Shown one piece after another: positions 54,001-64,000 of a stretch of DNA of 64,000 nt. Under the pieces are notes generated by a model. That model was not told the origin of the DNA. It saw nothing but the letters and a program-made list of their open reading frames with translations, and did not search any database. Each line of letters opens with the position of its first letter. The stretch's first letter is position 1. The position numbers were made by a program, and so were the translations under genes. The DNA is taken from positions 124,001 through 188,000 of the forward strand of contig NW_027306095.1 in the NCBI RefSeq assembly GCF_964355755.1, read 5' to 3'. This DNA is from Antedon mediterranea. Taxonomy: Eukaryota; Animalia; Echinodermata.

Positions 54001-57000
54001 TTTTGTGTGAAAAGTTTCATCGAAATGCACAAAATTGTCTAAAACGTCTCCAAATACGATATTAAGCTATTTTGTGCACTTTGATGTTTTTGTGTGAAAA
54101 GTTTCATCGAAATGCACAAAATGGTCTAAAACGTCTGCAAATGCGATTTGAAGCTATTTTGTGCACTTTGTCGTTTTTGTGTGAAAAGTTTCATCGAAAT
54201 GCTCAAAATGGTCTAAAACGTCTCCAAATGCGATTTGAAGCAATTTTGTGCACTTTGATGTTTTTGTGTGAAAAGTTTCATCTAAATGCACAAAATGGTC
54301 TCTAAAACGTCTGCAAATGCGATTTGAAGCTATTTTGTGCACTTTGTCGTTTTTGTGTGAAAAGTTTTTTCGAAATGCACAAAATGGTCTAAAACGTCTC
54401 CAAATGCGATTTGAAGCAATTTTGTGCACTTTGATGTTTTGTGTAATCCAGTTTCATCGAAATGTACAAAATTGTCTAAAACGTCTCTAAATGCGTTTTG
54501 AAGCTATTTTGTGCACTTTGTCGTTTTTGTGTGAAAAGTTTTTTCGAAATGCACAAAATGGTCTAAAACGTCTCCAATTGCGATTTGAAGTTATTTTGTG
54601 CACTTTGATGTTTTGTGTGAAAAGTTTTATCGAAATTCTCAAAATGGTCTAAAACGGTTTCAAATGTGATTTTAAGCACTTTGATATTTTTGTATAATCA
54701 AGTTAAATCGAATTTGCACAAAATGGTCTAAAACGTCTGCAAATGCATTTTAAAGCTATTTTGTGCACTTTAATGTTTTGTGTGAAAAGTTTTATCGAAA
54801 TTCTCAAAATGGTCTAAAACGGTTTCAAATGTGATTTTAGGCACTTTGATGTTTTTGTGTAATCAAGTTTCATCGAAAAGCACAAAATGGTTTAAAACGT
54901 CTGCAAATGCGATTTGAAGCTATTTTGTGCACTTTGATGTTTTTGTGTGAAAAGTTTCATCGAAATGCACAAAATTGTCTAAAACGTTTCCAAATACGAT
55001 ATTAAGCTATTGTATGCACTTTGATATTTTTGAGTGAAAAGTTTTTTCGAAATGCACAAAATGGTCTAAAACGTCTCCAAATGCGATTTAAAGCTATTTT
55101 GTGCACTTTGATGTTTTTTTCTGAAAAGTTTCATCGAAATGCACAAAATGGTCTAAAACGTCTCTAAATGCGATTTGAAGCTATTTTGTGCACTTTGATG
55201 TTTTTGTGTGAAAAGTTTCATCGAAATGCACAAAATGGTCTAAAACGTCTCTAAATGCGATTTGAAGCTATTTTGTGCACTTTGATGTTTTTTTGTGAAA
55301 AGTTTCATCGAAATGCACAAAATGGTCTAAAACGTCTCTAAATGCGATTTGAAGCTATTTTGTGCACTTTGTCGTTTTTGTGTGAAAAGTTTCATCGAAA
55401 TGCTCAAAATGGTCTAAAACGTCTCCAAATGCGATTTGAAGCAATTTTGTGCACTTTGATGTTTTTGTGTGAAAAGTTTCATCGAAATGCACAAAATGGT
55501 CTAAAACGTCTGCAAATGCGATTTGAAGCTATTTTGTGCACTTTGATGTTTTTTTGTGAAAAGTTTCATCGAAATGCACAAAATTGTCTAAAACGTCTCT
55601 AAATGCGATTTGAAGCTATTTTGTGCACTTTGATGTTTTTTTGTGAAAAGTTTCATCGAAATGTACAAAATTGTCTAAAACGTCTCTAAATGCGATTTGA
55701 AGCTATTTTGTGCACTTTGTCGTTTTTGTGTGAAAAGTTTCATCGAAATGCTCAAAATGGTCTAAAACGTCTCCAAATGCGATTTGAAGCAATTTTGTGC
55801 ACTTTGATGTTTTTGTGTGAAAAGTTTCATCGAAATGCACAAAATGGTCTAAAACGTCTGCAAATGCGATTTGAAGCTATTTTGTGAACTTTGTCGTTTT
55901 TGTGTGAAAAGTTTTTTCGAAATGCACAAAATGGTCTAAAACGTCTCCAAATGCGATTTGAAGCATTTTTGTGCACTTTGATGTTTTGTGTAATCCAGTT
56001 TCATCGAAATGTACAAAATTGTCTAAAACGTCTCTAAATGCGATTTGAAGCTATTTTGTGCACTTTGTCGTTTTTGTGTGAAAAGTTTTTTCGAAATGCA
56101 CAAAATGGTCTAAAACGTCTCCAAATGCGATTTGAAGCAATTTTGTGCACTTTGATGTTTTGTGTAATCCAGTTTCATCGAAATGTACAAAATTGTCTAA
56201 AACGTCTCTAAATGCGATTTGAAGCTATTTTGTGCACTTTGTCGTTTTTGTGTGAAAAGTTTTTTCGAAATGCACAAAATGGTCTAAAACGTCTCCAATT
56301 GCGATTTGAAGTTATTTTGTGCACTTTGATGTTTTGTGTGAAAAGTTTTATCGAAATGCTCAAAATGGTCTAAAACGGTTTCAAATGTGATTTTAAGCAC
56401 TTTGATATTTTTGTATAATCAAGTTAAATCGAAATAGACAAAATGGTCTAAAACGTCTGCAAATGCGATTTAAAGCTATTTTGTGCACTTTAATGTTTTG
56501 TGTGAAAAGTTTTATCGAAATTCTCAAAATGGTCTAAAACGGTTTCAAATGTGATTTTAAGCACTTTGATGTTTTTGTGTAATCAAGTTTCATCGAAAAG
56601 CACAAAATGGTTTAAAACGTCTGCAAACGCGATTTGAAGCTATTTTGTGCACTTTGATGTTTTTGTGTGAAAAGTTTCATCGAAATGCACAAAATTGTCT
56701 AAAACGTTTCCAAATACGATATTAAGCTATTGTATGCACTTTGATGTTTTTGAGTGAAAAGTTTTTTCGAAATGCACAAAATGGTCTAAAACGTCTCCAA
56801 ATGCGATTTGAAGCTATTTTGTGCACTTTGATGTTTTTTTCTGAAAAGTTTCATCGAAATGCACAAAATGGTCTAAAACGTCTCTAAATGCGATTTGAAG
56901 CTATTTTGTGCACTTTGATGTTTTTGTGTGAAAAGTTTCATCGAAATGCACAAAATGGTCTAAAACGTCTCTAAATGCGATTTGAAGTTATTTTGTGCAC

Positions 57001-58539
57001 TTTGATGTTTTGTGTGAAAAGTTTTATCGAAATGCTCAAAATGGTCTAAAACGGTTTCAAATGTGATTTTAAGCACTTTGATATTTTTGTGTAATCAAGT
57101 TTCATCGAAATGCACAAAATGGTCTAAAACGTCTCCAAATGCGATTTGAAGCTATTTTGTGCACTTTAATGTTTTGTGTGAAAAGTTTTATCGAAATTCT
57201 CAAAATGGTCTAAAACGGTTTCAAATGTGATTTTAAGCACTTAGATGTTTTTGTGTAATCAAGTTTCATCGAAATGCACTAAATGGTTTAAAACGTCTGC
57301 AAATGCGATTTGAAGCTATTTTGTGCACTTTGATGTTTTTGTGTGAAAAGTTTCATCGAAATGCACAAAATTGTCTAAAACGTCTCCAAATACGATATTA
57401 AGCTATTGTATGCACTTTGATGTTTTTGAGTGAAAAGTTTTTTCGAAATGCACAAAATGGTCTAAAACGTCTCCAAATGCGATTTGGAGCTCTTTTGTGC
57501 ACTTTGATGTTTTGTGTAAAAAGTTTGCTATTTTGTGCACTTTAATGTTTTGTGTGAAAAGTTTTATCGAAATGCTCAAAATTGTCTAAAACGGTTTCAA
57601 ATGTGATTTTAAGCACTTTGATATTTTTGTGTAATCAAGTTTTTTCGAAATGCACAACATGGTCTAAAACGTCTCCAAATGCGATTTGAAGCTATTTTGT
57701 GCACTTTGATGTTTTTGTGTGAAAAGTTTATTCGAAATGCACAAAATGGTCTAAAACGTCTCCAAATGCGATTTGAAGTTATTTTGTGCACTTTGATGTT
57801 TTGTGTGAAAAGTTTTATCGAAATGCTCAAAATGGTCTAAAACGGTTTCAAATGTGATTTTAAGCACTTTGATATTTTTGTGTAATCAAGTTTCATCGAA
57901 ATGCTCAAAATGGTCTAAAACGTCTCCAAATGCGATTTGAAGCTATTTTGTGCACTTTGATGTTTTTTTGTGAAAAGTTTCATCGAAATGCACAAAATGG
58001 TCTAAAACGTCTCTAAATGCGATTTGAAGCTATTTTGTGCACTTTGATGTTTTTGTGTGAAAAGTTTCATCGAAATGCACAAAATGGTCTAAAACGTCTC
58101 TAAATGCGATTTGAAGCTATTTTGTGCACTTTGATGTTTTTTTGTGAAAAGTTTCATCGAAATGCACAAAATGGTCTAAAACGTCTCTAAATGCGATTTG
58201 AAGCTATTTTGTGCACTTTGATGTTTTTTTGTGAAAAGTTTCATCGAAATGCACAAAATTGTCTAAAACGTCTCTAAATGCGATTTGAAGCTATTTTGTG
58301 CACTTTGTCGTTTTTGTGTGAAAAGTTTCATCGAAATGCTCAAAATGGTCTAAAACGTCTCCAAATGCGATTTGAAGCAATTTTGTGCACTTTGATGTTT
58401 TTGTGTGAAAAGTTTCATCGAAATGCACAAAATGGTCTAAAACGTCTGCAAATGCGATTTGAAGCTATTTTGTGCACTTTGTCGTTTTTGTGTGAAAAGT
58501 TTTTTCGAAATGCACAAAATGGTCTAAAACGTCTCCAAT

Positions 58540-61500
58540 TGCGATTTGAAGTTATTTTGTGCACTTTGATGTTTTGTGTGAAAAGTTTTATCGAAATGCT
58601 CAAAATGGTCTAAAACGGTTTCAAATGTGATTTTAAGCACTTTGATATTTTTGTGTAATCAAGTTTCATCGAAATGCACAAAATGGTCTAAAACGTCTCC
58701 AAATGCGATTTGAAGCTATTTTGTGCACTTTGATGTTTTGTGTGAAAAGTTTTATCGAAATTCTCAAAATGGTCTAAAACGGTTTCAAATGTGATTTTAA
58801 GCACTTTTATGTTTTTGTGTAATCAAGTTTCATCGAAATGCACAAAATGGTTTAAAACGTCTGCAAATGCGATTTGAAGCTATTTTGTGCACTTTGATGT
58901 TTTTGTGTGAAAAGTTTCATCGAAATGCACAAAATTGTCTAAAACGTTTCCAAATACGATATTAAGCTATTGTATGCACTTTGATGTTTTTGAGTGAAAA
59001 GTTTTTTCGAAATGCACAAAATGGTCTAAAACGTCTCCAAATGCGATTTGGAGCTCTTTTGTGCACTTTGATGTTTTGTGTAAAAAGTTTGCTATTTTGT
59101 GCACTTTAATGTTTTGTGTGAAAAGTTTTATCGAAATGCTCAAAATTGTCTAAAACGGTTTCAAATGTGATTTTAAGCACTTTGATATTTTTGTGTAATC
59201 AAGTTTCATCGAAATGCACAAAATGGTCTAAAACGTCTGCAAATGCGATTTAAAGCTATTTTGTGCACTTTGATGTTTTTGTGTGAAAAGTTTCATCGAA
59301 ATGCACAAAATGGTCTAAAACGTCTCTAAATGCGATTTGAAGCTATTTTGTGCACTTTGATGTTTTTTTCTGAAAAGTTTCATCGAAATGCACAAAATGG
59401 TCTAAAACGTCTCCAAATGCGATTTGAAGCTATTTTGTGCACTTTGATGTTTTTGTGTGAAAAGTTTATTCGAAATGCACAAAATGGTCTAAAACGTCTC
59501 CAAATGCGATTTGAAGTTATTTTGTGCACTTTGATGTTTTGTGTGAAAAGTTTTATCGAAATGCTCAAAATGGTCTAAAACGGTTTCAAATGTGATTTTA
59601 AGCACTTTGATATTTTTGTGTAATCAAGTTTCATCGAAATGCTCAAAATGGTCTAAAACGTCTCCAAATGCGATTTGAAGCTATTTTGTGCACTTTGATG
59701 TTTTTTTGTGAAAAGTTTCATCGAAATGCACAAAATGGTCTAAAACGTCTCTAAATGCGATTTGAAGCTATTTTGTGCACTTTGATGTTTTTGTGTGAAA
59801 AGTTTCATCGAAATGCACAAAATGGTCTAAAACGTCTCTAAATGCGATTTGAAGCTATTTTGTGCACTTTGATGTTTTTTTGTGAAAAGTTTCATCGAAA
59901 TGCACAAAATGGTCTAAAACGTCTCTAAATGCGATTTGAAGCTATTTTGTGCACTTTGATGTTTTTTTGTGAAAAGTTTCATCGAAATGCACAAAATTGT
60001 CTAAAACGTCTCTAAATGCGATTTGAAGCTATTTTGTGCACTTTGTCGTTTTTGTGTGAAAAGTTTCATCGAAATGCACAAAATGGTCTAAAACGTCTGC
60101 AAATGCGATTTGAAGCTATTTTGTGCACTTTGTCGTTTTTGTGTGAAAAGTTTTTTCGAAATGCACAAAATGGTCTAAAACGTCTCCAATTGCGATTTGA
60201 AGTTATTTTGTGCACTTTGATGTTTTGTGTGAAAAGTTTTATCGAAATGCTCAAAATGGTCTAAAACGGTTTCAAATGTGATTTTAAGCACTTTGATATT
60301 TTTGTGTAATCAAGTTTCATCGAAATGCACAAAATGGTCTAAAACGTCTGCAAATGCGATTTAAAGCTATTTTGTGCACTTTAATGTTTTGTGTGAAAAG
60401 TTTTATCGAAATTCTCAAAATGGTCTAAAACGGTTTCAAATGTGATTTTAAGCACTTTGATGTTTTTGTGTAATCAAGTTTCATCGAAATGCACAAAATG
60501 GTTTAAAACGTCTGCAAATGCGATTTGAAGCTATTTTGTGCACTTTGATGTTTTTGTGTGAAAAGTTTCATCGAAATGCACAAAATTGTCTAAAACGTCT
60601 CCAAATACGATATTAAGCTATTTTGTGCACTTTGATGTTTTTGTGTGAAAAGTTTCATCGAAATGCACAAAATGGTCTAAAACGTCTGCAAATGCGATTT
60701 GAAGCTATTTTGTGCACTTTGTCGTTTTTGTGTGAAAAGTTTCATCGAAATGCTCAAAATGGTCTAAAACGTCTCCAAATGCGATTTGAAGCAATTTTTT
60801 GCACTTTGATGTTTTTGTGTGAAAAGTTTCATCGAAATGCACAAAATGGTCTCTAAAACGTCTGCAAATGCGATTTGAAGCTATTTTGTGCACTTTGTCG
60901 TTTTTGTGTGAAAAGTTTTTTCGAAATGCACAAAATGGTCTAAAACGTCTCCAAATGCGATTTGAAGCAATTTTGTGCACTTTGATGTTTTGTGTAATCC
61001 AGTTTCATCGAAATGTACAAAATTGTCTAAAACGTCTCTAAATGCGATTTGAAGCTATTTTGTGCACTTTGTCGTTTTTGTGTGAAAAGTTTTTTCGAAA
61101 TGCACAAAATGGTCTAAAGCGTCTCCAATTGCGATTTGAAGTTATTTTGTGCACTTTGATGTTTTGTGTGAAAAGTTTTATCGAAATGCTCAAAATGGTC
61201 TAAAACGGTTTCAAATGTGATTTTAAGCACTTTGATATTTTTGTATAATCAAGTTAAATCGAAATGCACAAAATGGTCTAAAACGTCTGCAAATGCGATT
61301 TAAAGCTATTTTGTGCACTTTAATGTTTTGTGTGAAAAGTTTTATCGAAATTCTCAAAATGGTCTAAAACGGTTTCAAATGTGATTTTAAGCACTTTGAT
61401 GTTTTTGTGTAATCAAGTTTCATCGAAAAGCACAAAATGGTTTAAAACGTCTGCAAATGCGATTTGAAGCTATTTTGTGCACTTTGATGTTTTTGTGTGA

Positions 61501-64000
61501 AAAGTTTCATCGAAATGCACAAAATGGTCTAAAACGTCTCCAAATGCGATATTAAGCTATTTTGTGCACTTTGATGTTTTTTTCTGAAAAGTTTCATCGA
61601 AATGCACAAAATGGTCTAAAACGTCTCTAAATGCGATTTGAAGCTATTTTGTGCACTTTGATGTTTTTGTGTGAAAAGTTTCATCGAAATGCACAAAATG
61701 GTCTAAAACGTCTCTAAATGCGATTTGAAGCTATTTTGTGCACTTTGATGTTTTTTTGTGAAAAGTTTCATCGAAATGCACAAAATGGTCTAAAACGTCT
61801 CTAAATGCGATTTGAAGCTATTTCGTGCACTTTGTCGTTTTTGTGTGAAAAGTTTCATCGAAATGCACAAAATGGTCTAAAACGTCTCCAAATGCGATTT
61901 GAAGCAATTTTGTGCACTTTGATGTTTTTGTGTGAAAAGTTTCATCGAAATGCACAAAATGTTCTAAAACGTCTGCAAATGCGATTTGAAGCTATTTTGT
62001 GCACTTTGATGTTTTTTTGTGAAAAGTTTCATCGAAATGCACAAAATTGTCTAAAACGTCTCTAAATGCGATTTGAAGCTATTTTGTGCACTTTGATGTT
62101 TTTTTGTGAAAAGTTTCATCGAAATGCACAAAATGGTCTAAAACGTCTCTAAATGCGATTTGAAGCTATTTTGTGCACTTTGATGTTTTTTTTTGAAAAG
62201 TTTCATCGAAATGCACAAAATGGTCTAAAACGTCTCTAAATGCGATTTGAAGCTATTTTGTGCACTTTGTCGTTTTTGTGTGAAAAGTTTCATCGAAATG
62301 CTCAAAATGGTCTAAAACGTCTCCAAATGCGATTTGAAGCAATTTTGTGCACTTTGATGTTTTTGTGTGAAAAGTTTCATCGAAATGCACAAAATGGTCT
62401 AAAACGTCTGCAAATGCGATTTGAAGCTATTTTGTGCACTTTGATGTTTTTTTGTGAAAAGTTTCATCGAAAGGCACAAAATTGTCTAAAACGTCTCTAA
62501 ATGCGATTTGAAGCTATTTTGTGCACTTTGTCGTTTTTGTGTGAAAAGTTTCATCGAAATTCCCAAAATGGTCTAAAACATCTCCAAATGCGATTTGAAG
62601 CAATTTTGTGCACTTTGATGTTTTTGTGTGAAAAGTTTCATCGAAATGCACAAAATGGTCTAAAACGTCTGCAAATGCGATTTGAAGCTATTTTGTGCAC
62701 TTTGTCGTTTTTGTGTGAAAAGTTTTTTCGAAATGCACAAAATGGTCTAAAACGTCTCCAAATGCGATTTGAAGCAATTTTGTGCACTTTGATGTTTTGT
62801 GTAATCCAGTTTCATCGAAATGTACAAAATTGTCTAAAACGTCTCTAAATGCGATTTGAAGCTATTTTGTGCACTTTGTCGTTTTTGTGTGAAAAGTTTT
62901 TTAGAAATACACAAAATGGTCTAAAACGTCTCCAAATGCGATTTGAAGCAATTTTGTGCACTTTGATGTTTTGTGTAATCCAGTTTCATCGAAATGTACA
63001 AAATTGTCTAAAACGTCTCTAAATGCGATTTGAAGCTATTTTGTGCACTTTGTCGTTTTTGTGTGAAAAGTTTTTTCGAAATGCACAAAATGGTCTAAAA
63101 CGTCTCCAATTGCGATTTGAAGTTATTTTGTGCACTTTGATGTTTTGTGTGAAAAGTTTTATCGAAATGCTCAAAATGGTCTAAAACGGTTTCAAATGTG
63201 ATTTTAAGCACTTTGATATTTTTATGTAATCAAGTTTCATCGAAATTCACAAAATGGTCTAAAACGTCTGCAAATGCGATTTAAAGCTATTTTGTGCACT
63301 TTAATGTTTTGTGTGAAAAGTTTTATCGAAATTCTCAAAATGGTCTAAAACGGTTTCAAATGTGATTTTAAGCACTTTGATGTTTTTGTGTAATCAAGTT
63401 TCATCGAAATGCACAAAATGGTTTAAAACGTCTGCAAATGCGATTTGAAGCTATTTTGTGCACTTTGATGTTTTTGTGTGAAAAGTTTCATCGAAATGCA
63501 CAAAATTGTCTAAAACGTCTCCAAATACGATATTAACCTATTTTGTGCACTTTGATGTTTTTGTGTGAAAAGTTTCATCGAAATGCACAAAATGGTCTAA
63601 AACGTCTGCAAATGCGATTTGAAGCTATTTTGTGCACTTTGTCGTTTTTGTGTGAAAAGTTTCATCGAAATGCTCAAAATGGTCTAAAACGTCTCCAAAT
63701 GCGATTTGAAGCAATTTTGTGCACTTTGATGTTTTTGTGTGAAAAGTTTCATCGAAATGCACAAAATGGTCTCTAAAACGTCTGCAAATGCGATTTGAAG
63801 CTATTTTGTGCACTTTGTCGTTTTTGTGTGAAAAGTTTTTTCGAAATGCACAAAATGGTCTAAAACGTCTCCAAATGCGATTTGAAGCAATTTTGTGCAC
63901 TTTGATGTTTTGTGTAATCCATTTTCATCGAAATGTACAAAATTGTCTAAAACGTCTCTAAATGCGATTTGAAGCTATTTTGTGCACTTTGTCGTTTTTG
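58540..64000 (+). repeat. Copy 2 of the >=5.4 kb block (runs off the window end)
   Basis: Matches 26582-32042 nearly base for base; I noticed one difference (GCTATAT at ~30294 vs GCTATTT at ~62252). Confidence 0.9.

Larger units (their letters stand above)
1..64000. repeat. 87-bp monomer satellite DNA array (AT-rich, probably eukaryotic centromeric/pericentromeric heterochromatin); extends beyond both window ends
   Basis: Every line consists of the same monomer or its reverse complement. The 87-bp period shows in the 29-aa repeat of the ORF track (MRFEAILCTLMFLCEKFHRNAQNGLKRLQ). I saw no intervening unique sequence. Centromeric location is inferred, not shown. Confidence 0.97.
22272..64000 (+). 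repeat. Satellite orientation block 6 (forward, >=41.7 kb, homogeneous, irregular higher-order repeats)
   Basis: All monomers are forward from GATGAAAAGTTTCATCG at 22272 to the window end; all consensus-frame ORFs past this point are on +. Confidence 0.93.

Noticed and set aside
417-63900. About 85 ORFs encoding 29-aa repeats (MRFEAILCTLMFLCEKFHRNAQNGLKRLQ) and their antisense frames
   Set aside because: They follow from the 87-bp period being a multiple of 3. ORF length depends only on the TAA/CAA polymorphism. Frequent 86/78-bp and +2 variants break the frame, and there is no unique N- or C-terminus or recognisable domain.
1-64000. CRISPR-like repeat-spacer array
   Set aside because: The monomer is palindromic, but there are no unique spacers, no leader and no cas genes; the entire unit is repeated.
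1-64000. CENP-B box or assignment to a named satellite family
   Set aside because: TTCG occurs, but the downstream CGGG of the NTTCGNNNNANNCGGGN box is absent. I do not recognise the monomer; a BLAST/Dfam/Repbase search is needed.
1-64000. tRNA array or telomeric repeat
   Set aside because: The length is tRNA-like, but there is no cloverleaf or T-loop GTTCRA context, and there are no short G-rich telomeric units.

Overview
The whole 64 kb window is one AT-rich (~33% GC) tandem satellite array with no unique sequence, genes, RNA genes or transposon. The consensus monomer is 87 bp (ATGCGATTTGAAGCTATTTTGTGCACTTTGATGTTTTTGTGTGAAAAGTTTCATCGAAATGCACAAAATGGTCTAAAACGTCTC[T/C]AA), roughly 750 copies. 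Recurrent length variants include an 86+78 bp pair forming a 164 bp dimer and a ~40 bp truncated unit. All listed ORFs are translations of the repeat (87 = 29 codons). The real structure is architectural. (i) Each monomer is a degenerate palindrome with ~10 bp phased T/A tracts. (ii) The first 22.3 kb has five orientation switches (~3402, 4298, 6649, 16507, 22271), four of them at small dyads of the monomer; two share an identical 32 bp perfect palindrome. (iii) A diverged older layer lies at ~13.3-15.0 kb. (iv) The uniformly oriented 22.3-64 kb part is a mosaic of irregular higher-order repeats, with nested 1275 and 3874 bp tandem duplications and a >=5.4 kb block repeated 31,958 bp away. The array resembles eukaryotic (peri)centromeric satellite, but I cannot assign the organism or family, and centromere function is inference only. 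Coordinates were read by eye and duplication boundaries are approximate.
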